A DNA stretch of 64,000 nt from Curvularia clavata. Taxonomy: Eukaryota. A program made the translations under genes and the position numbers. Location: NCBI GenBank assembly GCA_023920165.1, contig CP089279.1:1426001-1490000 (forward strand). The letters are read 5' to 3'. This document shows positions 50,701 to 63,215 of the stretch, piece by piece (the stretch's first letter is position 1; each line of letters starts with the position of its first letter). The notes under the pieces are model-generated. The model saw only the letters and a list, made by a program, of their open reading frames with translations, searched no databases and was not told where the DNA came from.

Positions 50701-51268
50701 CCCTTGGCCTCAGTGGCCCCGTATCTTCCGTACCGACTACGGCCACAACGAAGTCAAGACTCACATGGGCAAAGATCCTCGCGAATACTGCGTCATGTCC
50801 AAGGAGTTTGTCGACGATGGCAATGGCAATGTCAAGGGTATCAACACTGTCCGTGTTCAGTGGACCAAGTCCGCCTCTGGTGGTTGGGACATGAAGCACG
50901 TTGAAGGTAGTGAGCAGTTCTTCCCTGCTGACCTGGTCTTGCTTTCCATGGGTTTCTTGGGTCCTGAGCAGCGTGTCATGAGCGACGTTATTGAGCTCGA
51001 TGGCCGTAAGAACATCAAGACTCCTCCAGGCCACTACAACACCAACCTCCCTGGTGTCTTCGCTGCTGGTGACTGCCGTCGCGGTCAGTCACTCATCGTC
51101 TGGGGCATCAATGAGGGTCGTCAATGCGCTCGTGACGTTGATTCCTTCCTTACCGGCTACGGCACTTCGCTGCCTGTGACCGGTGGTATCGTCAAGCGCC
51201 AGCCTTATGAGGCTATGTTGAAGGCCAGCAACGCCAACGTGGAAAAGTTGACGACTGTTGCCGCTTGA
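44708..51268 (+). CDS. GLT1: NADH-dependent glutamate synthase (GOGAT), fused alpha+beta chain
   Basis: Propeptide then EKDA/CGVGF (N-terminal nucleophile Cys), HSRFSTNTFPSW, HNGEINT, KMAQGAKPGEGG, CIMMRKCHLNTC, RCMDCGVPFC, GSGPAG, GGGDTG; two short introns near 44896-44953 and 44996-45059. Confidence 0.98.
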
Positions 51269-51917
51269 TCAAAAAATAATTTTAATGACCTTTGCATGAA
51301 GAAAAGGCTACGGTAAAAAAACAGTTACGAAAAAGAGGGGTTTTGGATACATTGGGAATCTTTTTTTTTGGTGTTTTCAGCTTTTGTTTGGGCATTTTCT
51401 ATTACCATCTGCACGATACCTTTTCAGTATGCGGAGTCAGCTGGGCGGCACTTGCAGTGTACGATGTCTTGTTCTAAATTGTGTATTTTTTATTATTCGC
51501 GATTGTTTATGTAAATAGGTCAATCATTATATCCTTGACTATGGACTGAATGATCCGTTGGTGATGCATGATATACCCCCGATAGTTTAATTCCTTGATC
51601 AAAACACTAGTGATGAGACAGTACTTGGACAGTCTGGTGATCTGAGATCTGCAAACTAAGCAGAAGTGAGACTGCCTTTGAGCAGTGTAGCTCTTGTTAC
51701 GAGAGCATAGTTTTTGGATGTCGTGGCTTCGCTTCGCCTATTGAACTGTTCCCACAAAGTAAACGAAAAAGACAGAAACTGTATTTATAGAGGGTCATAG
51801 TATCAATCTATAGTATTTTTTTATGTATCGCATAACTGATTTAGCCAAACATTGTTGATACTGGCGCTATCTTCTATTCGGAAAGTGTGTATGCCAGATG
51901 CCAAGGTTCATAGTGGG

Positions 51918-51925
51918 TGACGTCA
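51918..51925. promoter_or_regulatory. CRE palindrome (G)TGACGTCA(C) about 115 bp upstream of YME2
   Basis: 10-bp perfect palindrome GTGACGTCAC seen directly; function inferred. Confidence 0.4.
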
Positions 51926-52038
51926 CGCGCTCAATCCCGGACTCGGTAGAGTCGCAGGCAACAACAAGCATTGCTCGATAATACCAATCTCTCCGTGAGA
52001 CACCCCTCGCCATGGTCTGGTAACAATCGAGCGCAAAG

Positions 52039-54683
52039 ATGTTACCCCGCGTAGGCTGGCATCATGCTGGTCACCGGCCTCTGCATGGGCCAACAAGGTA
52101 GATTGACGACGTTTGATCCCAGCTGCCGATCATCGTGAAGTGCTAATAAGCCATCAGGATAGTAGCACCACGGATCATAGCAACATTGAATTCATCAAAA
52201 TTGGGCTTCCAAAGGCCTTCGCCTTGTGCAATTCGACATGTCACTGGTCTACAAGCTGGTGAGGACAACACCGGCCACATCAGCGCTGGTCCTAATGAGG
52301 GCATTCTTTTCTTCAACAATGTCTTTCCTATTCAAATCCGCAAGATCCTAGGACTACCTATGCCACGAATCCTGGACCGAATGGTAAATCCCACTGTCTC
52401 TGGTACAGATCCGAAAAAGATCATCGAGAGAGCGAGTGCAAAGCGCAATCTGCAAATCACCAGTACCGAAGTGCTCCCTCGTATGAGAGAAGGAGGCGCA
52501 TTTGTCAAATTTACGCATGATGGAACTGCTTCAACCTCAGATATCGAAAGAACCCTGCAACAATATCTTGAAGATGAACCCGTGAAGCCCTGGTGGAGCC
52601 CATGGAAGCAAATGCACGCCAAAGTAGTCAAAGGAAGACCATGGGTGGAAGATCTAATGCGTCTACCTGCCACTCGTCTACGCGTTGAATTTGTCTCTGG
52701 CGAACCTGGGGCATCTGCTACCGAAGCGGTCGAGTTGAGCCAGGAACAGCTCTTCCAGTTCTTCAGGCCTTACGGAAAGCTGAGCGACATTGTCATGCAA
52801 CCCCCAGACTCCAAAGTTCTTCCAAAGTTTGCCTACCTGGACTATACTGGCATAGGCAAGGCTATCATGGCTAGGAACTGTATGCACGGATACCTTGTAT
52901 CGGAAGCTGAGGGCGGCGGGAAGAAAGGGACGATCTTGAGGCTCAAGTATGAGCAGAAGATTAAGCCTCGATACATAAGAGATTGGATTTTCAGCCATCC
53001 GCGTATTGTCATTCCTGTCGTGGCTGCTCTTATTGCAGGTCTAGTTGCTGTCGTCTTCGATCCGTAAGTCGTATTGATGTCATACAAAAGCCTTTCTAAC
53101 GAACAACCAGCATTCGAACGTTCTTTGTCAAGGCTCACATTACGCGCACCTACCACATAGAAGACAACAAATGGTACCAATGGATTAAAGGCTACGCGAC
53201 CGATATTATTAGCGGAGGAAAGAAGCGCAACGATGATGATGGCATGGATGCTATCTGGGATGACCGGAAGGAAAACATCGAGCAGATTCAGACCTGGCTC
53301 ATGGAGACCGCTGACACTTTCATCATCGTACAAGGACCTCATGGATCTGGCAAGCGTGAGTTGGTGGTGAATCACGCCCTCCACGACAAGAAGACCAAGC
53401 TCATAATTGATTGCAAACCCATCCAAGAAGCCCGAGGGGAGAGCGCTACCATCAACGCTGCTGCGTTGTCCGTCGGCTACAGGCCTGTGTTCAGTTGGAT
53501 GAACAGCATCAGTGGCATGATCGATATGGCTGCACAAGGCGCCACAGGCGTCAAGACCGGTTTCTCGGAGACACTCGACTCCCAGCTTAGCAAAATCTGG
53601 AACACCACCACTTCGGCTCTTAGACAAATCGCTTTGGATACTCGGCACAAGAACGACAAAGACGCATATCTGCCGGATGACGAATGGCTTGAGGCACACC
53701 CAGAACGCCGTCCTGTGGTTGTCATTGACAACTTCCTACACAAGAGCCAGGAGGGTGGCATCGTCTATGATAAGATCGCAGAATGGGCTGCTCGCCTCAC
53801 AACGACGAATACTGCCCATGTCATCTTCCTAACAAACGATGTCGCTTACAGCAAGTCCTTGTCTAAAGCTATGCCTGACCGAATGTTCCGCCAGATCTCA
53901 CTCTCTGATTGTAGCCCCGAAGTAGCGAAGCGCTTGGTAATAACAAACCTTGACGCTGACGTCGAGGACAGTCCCGCTTCGAAGGACGGCTCACCGAAGA
54001 AACTACCATCGCAGCATCGCCCTGACCTCGAGGAGCTCGATACCTGCATTGACTTATTGGGCGGACGGCTTACTGATCTGGAGTTCTTGTCACGTCGCAT
54101 TAAGACTGGGGAGACACCCACCAAAGCAGTGCACGAGATTATTGGCCAATCCGCTTCCGAAATCCTCAAAATGTACATCTTTGATGCCCAAGATGAGAAT
54201 GGTAATCGTCTTTGGAACGCTGAGCAAGCCTGGTATCTTATCAAGGAGCTCGCACAAAAGGAGTCTTTGCGGTACAACGAGGTTCTGATCGACGACATCC
54301 TCAAGACAGGCGGCGAGTCAGTTCTCCGTGCCCTTGAGCAAGCTGAACTTATCACGATTGTTTCTGGCGCAAACGGCAGGCCATCCATCATCAAGCCCGG
54401 CAAACCCGTATACCACCCCGCCTTCAAGCGCCTGACAGAGGACAAGGTACTTAAGAGCCGCATGGACTTGGCTGTCCTTACGCACTTGACAAAAATTGAA
54501 AACGCGACAATTGAGAAGTGTGAGAATGAGTTATTGCTGCTGAGCAAGCTAAGGAATCAGCCTGCTCAGACTGCAGGAAGGGTTACCTACCTGTTGACCA
54601 AGTTAATGACGAGCCAGGTCAAGGTGGAGAAATACGAGACGGAGATGAAGGGACTGAAGAAGGTGATTGCCAGCGAATACTAG
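52039..54683 (+). CDS. YME2: Mitochondrial escape protein 2 (Yme2/Rna12), 3 exons
   Basis: REGGAFVKF, GRPWVEDL, RRM with FRPYGKL, WIFSHPRI plus TM segment, P-loop-like IVQGPHGSGK, GGRLTDLE; introns 52098-52157 and about 53065-53110. Confidence 0.93.
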
Positions 54684-55180
54684 GGCTGTTGATACCGAGT
54701 AGCATGTGCAAATGTGTAGAATGATACCAACCCTTCTCATGCATGCGTACAACTTGTCCTGTTCTGTGACCCCGCATGCTCATTGCCGGCTGAAGCGATT
54801 GGCTCTCTCTACAACCTTATGTGCGCATACGGCGCATAATTTAATCTCCTACGGCATCGGTAACATGTGCGTGTTCCTGCTGAAGCCACGCCGAGCTTTC
54901 TCCGCCTAGTCACGTTTTCGACTGACATCACCCGGGCGAGAGCTAAGAAAGTGACGGCACCGAGGATCGGGCAGAAGGGAGCATTTTCCCGTAACCAGAG
55001 CTTGGACCTGCCAACAACCGAGCGACGAGCGACCTTGAACTCCACCTCACCCATACTTGCGACTGTCCATTGCCATTGCGCGCCCCCTCTTCACTTGTCC
55101 TCAGCGGATCGCGCATCTTCTTTCGTCATCTCTTTTTTTTCCTCGTCCCACGCGGCTAATTTTCTTCACAGCCCGGCGCA

Positions 55181-56210
<1,030 letters not shown>

Positions 56211-57133
56211 GGAAAATCGACTTCAAGAATCAAAGAATCAACGACTCGGCTTTTTTTTTTCAGTGTCGAGGATTCGAGACTTGGGAAGATGATGGATGCA
56301 TGCATGCATACATGTAAATGTGACAATGCTACGAAAAAGCACGCCAACCTTTTAACGCTTTTTGAAACGAAAGAAAGAATGCAACATGTATAGTTTGGAT
56401 GGATTTTTCATTGTACTTGTACAGATGCATGGGAGAAAAGGGGTGGTAAGGGGGATGGTTTAGCACTTTGTCTTATGTATGCCCGTGTGTTTCCAGACTG
56501 TATGGGTAGTGGGTTTTGCCAATTCATGTAGCGGACTCACTGCCCTTGGTATGGAAATACTGGAGATGTTTATGATGATGGGATGTAATTGAGTGTTGCC
56601 CTGACTTCAAATCCTGTCTAACCGGGTGACACTTTTCTTTCGTTTTTTACTTGTGAGAGCCAGTGATGTACCGGAACACGTGCGGCTTCTTATTCGCAGT
56701 CGTTGTAGTAAACGTGTTCGTAGGAAGAGGGAACCGCGGCGTTAGTACCTAGCCCCTTGTAAGCTCCGAGGCGGAATTATATGCTGAGCGCTTCACGACG
56801 CAGAACCAGGGTCCATCATCACCACTACCCACGGCGACGACGGCGACAAAAACGCCACCACTCGCAGCGACAGGTGTTCTCGACGCATGACCCAAGAGCG
56901 AAGCGCAGCTGCCTAGTCTGACCCAGAGTCTTGGATTGGCGGAGATTATAAAGTTCCCCGGACGATTCGCACCAAGAAGTGTATCAACGGCACAACAGCG
57001 AGGAATTGACACGACGCACGCTTTTTGACGAAGAGTAAACGGGACCACGCATAAACGCACATCTTCAGCACAACGGAAACAACCAAACTACGCATTCGCT
57101 AGAAAGCCAGCCCAAGCCTAAGCGCCATCCAAA

Positions 57134-57833
57134 ATGTCCAGCCGCTTCGGTCGCCACGACCAACGCGACGACCTCTTCTCCTCGTACAACCGTAGCGCCT
57201 CGCCTTCAAAATCCAAGAACAAAGCGCGCGCTTCACCTTACAACGGTAGCACTGGTGGATACGGCTACACGTCTCCTTCCCCTACAGGAGGCTTCGGTGC
57301 GTACCCCGGCTCTTCCTCCAACAATACTACAAATGGGAGTTTGTATCCCGGGGGCGGGTACGGCGTAGGAGGAGGCGCAGGCGCAGGGTATGGGTTAAAT
57401 GGAGCCGGGGCAGGAGAGAGTGTATACCGCAGCGCGACGCCGAATTCGCGGGGACAGTATTCAGCAGCTGTGCTGGATGAGTTGGAGAGTCAGAATGACG
57501 AGCATGTGGGTGTTTTGACGAGCAAGGTGAAGATGTTGAAGGATGTATGTTTCCTCTCTCCCCCACTTCTTTTCCCCTCCTTCAAGCTTCTGGAGAGGCT
57601 TTCTTTTTGCTAACGCAGAGACGCAGTTGACCCATCTCATCGGTGACGAAATCCGCGACTCGACAGCCCTAGCGGAGAAAATGAATGACCAGTTTGAGAG
57701 TTCGAGCTTAAAGCTCAAGGGCACGATGAATCGTATGTTGAGGATGGCGGAGAAGACGGGGGTTGGCTGGAAAGCGTGGCTGGGGTTCTTTGCCGCGGTT
57801 GTGCTGGTGTTTTGGTGGGTGTGGTTGGGGTAG
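57134..57833 (+). CDS. BET1: Qc-SNARE Bet1/Sft1-like ER-Golgi protein
   Basis: YRSATPNSRGQYS..LDELESQND..KVKMLKD/LTHLIGDEIRDS SNARE helix and C-terminal TM; intron 57545-57626. Confidence 0.87.
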
Positions 57834-60025
57834 AGGCGATGTTATGACTTTGGATATGGGGAATGCGTTAGAGAAGGTGGGTTTTCGTTGCATTGGCGTG
57901 GCGTTTGGAGTTGATATCGCGCTTTTTTTTTCTTGGGGAGTAGGCATATGGAGGTTTAGCGGAGGCGCTGCTGGCCTCGCAATAAACGATGGTAGTGATA
58001 CGTTGCATATGTTTACTTGGAAGATGTTGGCTGAGCAAAAGTTCTACGTTATGGGGTTTTGTAGTATACGCATGCGAAGGTGTGAGCGAAGGTATCCATA
58101 CTTCTTTTCCACAAGTCCTATATTCTTCTTGTCGAGGTCCAACTTCATGCTGTCAAGATACACTTTTTGCGTTCATTAAGATTCGCCTTGATGGCTCGTT
58201 AGAATATCCCCTGATGTGTGAAATGAATGCAGAGATATGCTGCGGTTGATGGAGTATTGAGTATTATACTTTCTTCTGTCATGATGTCCCGTTAAGACAA
58301 AGGGCTGAAGGAGCTCGCTGCAACATAGGATGCTAGGAAGTACGGGAACTATGTCGCCTTCAGATTTCACTGGTATATACACTAGATCGCTCTGATTGGT
58401 TAACTCCCCGTTTCTCATAATAGTGAATGTAATAACGCATAGGTATGCAGTAAGTAATGCAATGTTCTCAGAGCAAAGGAAGTCGAGTGATGTAGAGAGG
58501 ACGCAAGGTTTTTGATTCTGGACACGGGGACCTCAAGCACTTGGGATAAACGCATCTCATCTTGGAAAGTAGAGAAGTCAAGTTGGGATTGTCGGTCATT
58601 CCTCAAGTGACATTCATGGCCTAAAACCACAGTAGCAGCTGGTTAATGTAACAAGCAGCCTATCTAGGCAAAATGTAGCACTCAGTCTGCTGCAGAGAAT
58701 TTGGTATCTTAGATCTATTCTGCTTCATCGTAAACTCTACTAAACGGTACATATCCCTAATCAACACTATGTAAGTCTACCATCGTCTTTTTGAATTTTT
58801 GCAAACTCGACTATTGATCAGTTGTCTCCCTTTGATCCCGTGTCCCACCACAAACCCCTCTTTCGTATGGCTAGGCTAGGCGGTGACACGTATAAGTACC
58901 AAGTGTCAATCGTGTTTCATGATCGACCAAAATCAGGTACGCGAAGAACAAGAAACTCTGCATTTGCGTGGCATGGCCTATCATGTGGTGGATGATGTGG
59001 CAGAAGAAAAAAGCCACCCAGTCCGGCGCAAAAGGAGCCAATAGCTGTCGTGTTGATCAATCTACGCCCAAGAAGTGTAGTCTTGGTAGCCGGTTGAGTA
59101 CCCTGCATGCGCTCGCTTCACGGTGGGGTATAAGCTACTACGTTCGAATAGGCAATGTCTAACACGCAGGGTGAATACCCCATCCATGCGCTTCCGTAAA
59201 ATTATAACAGGTTTGTTGCGCGTTCTCATTCAGGTTCTTGTGACCTAACTACAGTAGGCACTTCACCTGTTTGACGACACACGGCATTCCAGAATTCCAA
59301 CACACGTCACAGGCCTGACACCACGTAATCATGGGTAGATCCCAGAATGGGGCATAGATCTGGTACATGATTGCACAACTGTAGTAAGCCGATTTGGAGT
59401 CCGCAGTTATGCTTAAAGTTGCAAGTGAGGGGCTTGGTTACCAAGAGTCCAGGAGAGCCCTGGCCGTATTTGCAGCCGATATCCCTGGTGTTCCCATCTC
59501 ACTCGGTGGTACAGAATACATCAGCGACGATCTTCTAGCATCATTATCGTGCCTTGGAAGTCTGTCACTGCAACACATGCAAGCTCACTAAAATCGATCA
59601 ACTTGCAAATCCATGGATAGCTTGCTGTCGCAGATAGACAGCCACGCGATCAAATCTTCAAACCTCAGCACAACACACAAACCCAAAAGCACCGCCAACC
59701 ACAACGTCAGCATTTAGGTACTTTCACGATCGGCAAGATGCCAAGTCCCATGTGCTGCGCCATGCACCTCCCCAGAAATTGTCCAATAAGCAAAGCGCAA
59801 AGCAGTCACCCAAACCTGATGATCGTCACCGTGTGTAGGGTCTAGCCACATCGCCAAGCGCATCCAAGCGTTCCTACGTGGCTGACGAAGTCCAAGAGCA
59901 CAACCCATGTGATTCTGTGAAGACAATTTTGGTTACGGCTCTGCGGAGGCCTACGCAACAGTCGTGGCTGACGTCTGGTCGTGTACTCTTCCCAAGAAAA
60001 TCAGGATGAGATGAGAATGTTTATG

Positions 60026-60033
60026 TATAAATA
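60026..60033 (+). promoter_or_regulatory. TATA box (TATAAATA) about 135 bp upstream of the MARVEL gene
   Basis: Canonical match at a typical distance. Confidence 0.5.
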
Positions 60034-60167
60034 TACGTACAGTACCAAGATGCATTAAAGCTACAGTATAACAACACCTTACAATCTCACGCTTTATTCA
60101 ACACTATAATATCAACGTCATCAAAGCATCCGATCTAACCTCCCGACATAGACCACCCACCCTCACC

Positions 60168-60813
60168 ATGATCTTCTCACGCCTCTTCTCCGTCATCCTA
60201 CGACTCTCACAATTCGTCTTCGCAGCTATCGTGCTGGGACTGACAGCATACTTCCTCTCGAAACACGAAGACGAAGACGATGATTGGCGAGGACGAGGCC
60301 GCGGTCGTGGTCGCGATGACGATGAGTTTGACGACCTTCTAGCTCGACTGATCTTCTCTGTGGTCTGGTCCGCTCTCTCCCTCATCTTCGCTATCATATG
60401 GGTCATTCCTACGACTTCGAGCATGAAGGGATTTACCTCCGATTTGAGTAAGCATATCTCGCCGCTGTTCCGACGTCATTACTAACAATACCCTCTAGTC
60501 TTTACTGCAGGCTGGGCAGCAGTCTTCGGAGTCTTGGTTGATTGGTTTGACGACACAGGCTGCGGTAGCCCCTGGGCATGGAACAACGGCTTTTCCTTCA
60601 GGCGCGAAGACAGCTGTGGCCAATGGCGTGCAGCTCAGGCTTTCTCTTTCTTGTCCATGATCACTTGGCTGGCTACTGCCCTGCTCGGCATTATTATGGT
60701 GCTCCGCCATAGACGCCGCGCGGCTGCTCCGTAAGTCTTCCCCAACCTGACCAGAAATGGGGTTTTTTTTGGGCTTTCGCTAACGTCATCTTCTGCGTAG
60801 TTCCCGTGTTTAG
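60168..60813 (+). CDS. MARVEL-domain four-TM membrane protein, 3 exons
   Basis: ILRLSQFVFAAIVLGLTAY, DL..TAGWAAVFG, CG..W..CGQWRAAQAFSFLS; introns about 60448-60498 and 60731-60800; ends PSRV*. Confidence 0.85.
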
Positions 60814-61758
60814 GCGATGCATGTGGAATCTACTCGAGGGTTTGGTTTGTGGATACACGGTGGGTGGTGCAAGCGTACCTTCAACCACCAAAGGGCCGAA
60901 TAGGATGACGAGCAGTTTTCCAGCTAGGTTCACACTCCAACTCTTGGCCTTCTTTCATGTGTTGTCTTTGAATCTATTGATGCGAAACGACGCGCTCATG
61001 TGCTCTTCAGCGAGGCGTTTCTTGGGTTTCCTATTAAGTCTGTTTATCGTTACTTAGTTACCATTGCAGCCGTTTTACGAGGATGGGTTTATGACATATG
61101 TGAATGAAGTAATGGGTTTTCCAAGGTTCCGAACAGTTCAGTTGTGTATTGTGTTCGTGATGCTGTCTTTTTCGGGTCATTAAGTGATTCAAGGTGCATA
61201 TTTAGGAATTACATGGTCGACAATGGTACTCGCCACTTAGACCATTCTTCGAGCGCCTTTGTGGTCCAGGCTGAATTGCTTATTCTAGTAATCCTTTTCC
61301 TTCCTCTTCCTTTTTCTCGCTACCTCAGCAATCATCCAAACACGCTGCAAATTCATAACGAGCTCGCAGGGGGATAGCGGTAAGCTAGATTACTTCATAT
61401 CATGACCTGTTTTACCTCTAACTGAACTAGGCGCGAGCTTCCGAACGAGTCCAATGGGACAGAATCAAATGCGACGCTTGAGAACTTGACTCAAGGTAAC
61501 TGAACTTTAGTGGACGGGTCGGCGTACTAAGCAGCTTACACATCCACCCAATCTCAACTTTGCCTAGTTCCCGAAGTTTCACATAAGCAAAAAGCACCCG
61601 GATGCTTATTCGAAGTTTACAAGATGCTGAAATAAGTAAGACGATGGGGATCAAAGCTGCATGCCCCTTTGACGTTAGCTCAAACGTGGTGCTGCATTAT
61701 ATCAAGGGCATGGCAACAAGAGAAGGATCTATTTGTGTCATTACACCACACGAATAAA

Positions 61759-62907
61759 ATGGGACCGACGAATTTGACCCACGATATTGAAGCTCCCGAC
61801 GCGCACAGCGGGCTGCGTCAGAGAAAAGGAGACCATAAGAGCTTTACCATATCTTCGAGACCGTTCGCTGGGCGAGTCGGCGGCAATCAAGAGTTTACAG
61901 TACCAGCAGAAGACGCTTCGCTTCCGGACGCGGCAGCCGTATTTTCATGGCGTCAATCTTTCGCTCTGCATGCGTTTTCCGATGTAGAGTTGTGGAAAGA
62001 GTCATTCATCGAGGGCGTGGGAACATGTCTACAGACCTACCTTGGCGGACTAGCTGCTGTCGGTCTCAGTCCTCTTGTTGGAGCAACCGATCTGGGACCC
62101 GTTGCACCAGCTGCGTTTGGGAGCATTGTGACTGGAACACTGATTGCGCTGTTCATCTTTGGGGCTGGGCCGGTATCCGGAGCGCATTTCAATCCGACGA
62201 TTTCCATGGCAACTTTTACGGCGGGGTTATCTATATTCCCTAGGACGCTGCTCTATGTTTTCTTCCAGTGTGTTGGTGCCCTTGTGGCTGGCGCTCTGCT
62301 CCGGGCAAGCTTGGGAATGGAACCGCATGAAATTCCGCCTATACCAGGATGCTACGTTGACACTAGTCTGGTCACACCGGGCGAGGCGTAAGTTCAGCGC
62401 TGCTTCTTGTGTATCATTACTGACGTGACAGATACGTTTTGGAGACAATGACGTCGTTTGGATTGATATTCATTGCCTTTGGAGTGGGTCTCGATCCTAG
62501 GCAAAGAGAAGTGTTTGGACCGGCTCTGTCGCCGATTCTGGTATGTACTCATATTGCTTGTCAAGTGTATTGCCAAAGAGCTGACAGTGACAAAGGTGGG
62601 ACTTGCGCTTGCTGTGGGAACGTTTGCCTCGTCGATAGTAAGGCCTGGATATAGCGGGGCTTGTAGGTGCACTCTGCCGCTATCTGCAAGCAATCAACTG
62701 ACAACTCACAGCATGCAATCCGGCACGCTGCCTTGGTCTCATGATGGCTACGAGTGAGTATCTCCAGTTCCTTCAGCTCTTGCCATTGGCTAATGTGCTT
62801 CAGACCGCTTTGATTACCATTATATTCATTGGGTTGGGCCGATGACGACGGCGGTATTGAATGGATTATTGTACTGGGCCATTCCGATATACAAACCCGA
62901 GAAATAG
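61759..62907 (+). CDS. Major intrinsic protein (aquaporin) of the X-intrinsic protein (XIP) subfamily, 5 exons
   Basis: First box SGAHFNPT, second box spliced GASCNPARCLG, FGVGLDPRQ, HYIHWVGP; four GT-AG introns; ends YKPEK*. Confidence 0.88.
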
Positions 62908-63215
62908 GATGCACGGGTGAGACAGAAATGTTGCGAGTGATTGTACCCAATCTCGCATCTCTGCAGATGCTTCCGGCGTGGTTGTTGTGTCAGGTAGATA
63001 GTAGAATAGAAGATGAGCCAAGCAAACCAGACCCTGGTCTTAGCGAGTTGTGTGGGCCGTAATTGCTGTGTTCTGTTCCGGTCGCAGCGCTCCTTGCAGC
63101 CGGCGATGGTTGGCGCTAAAATAGACTAGCGCCTCGCTTCCAGCCCACGCTTCTTGAAAATCGACCTCGATATCACGAACTTTCAACGACTCCGACTAGA
63201 CATCAAGCCGCCAAA

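Noticed and set aside
45104..51034. Many antisense and alternate-frame ORFs within GLT1 (for example 49796-50635)
   Set aside because: Same codon-bias artefact; fully nested in a well-conserved CDS.
59394..59591. Short ORF with VFAADIPG, reminiscent of alpha/beta-hydrolase motifs
   Set aside because: Single short motif, non-ATG start, no other supporting residues.
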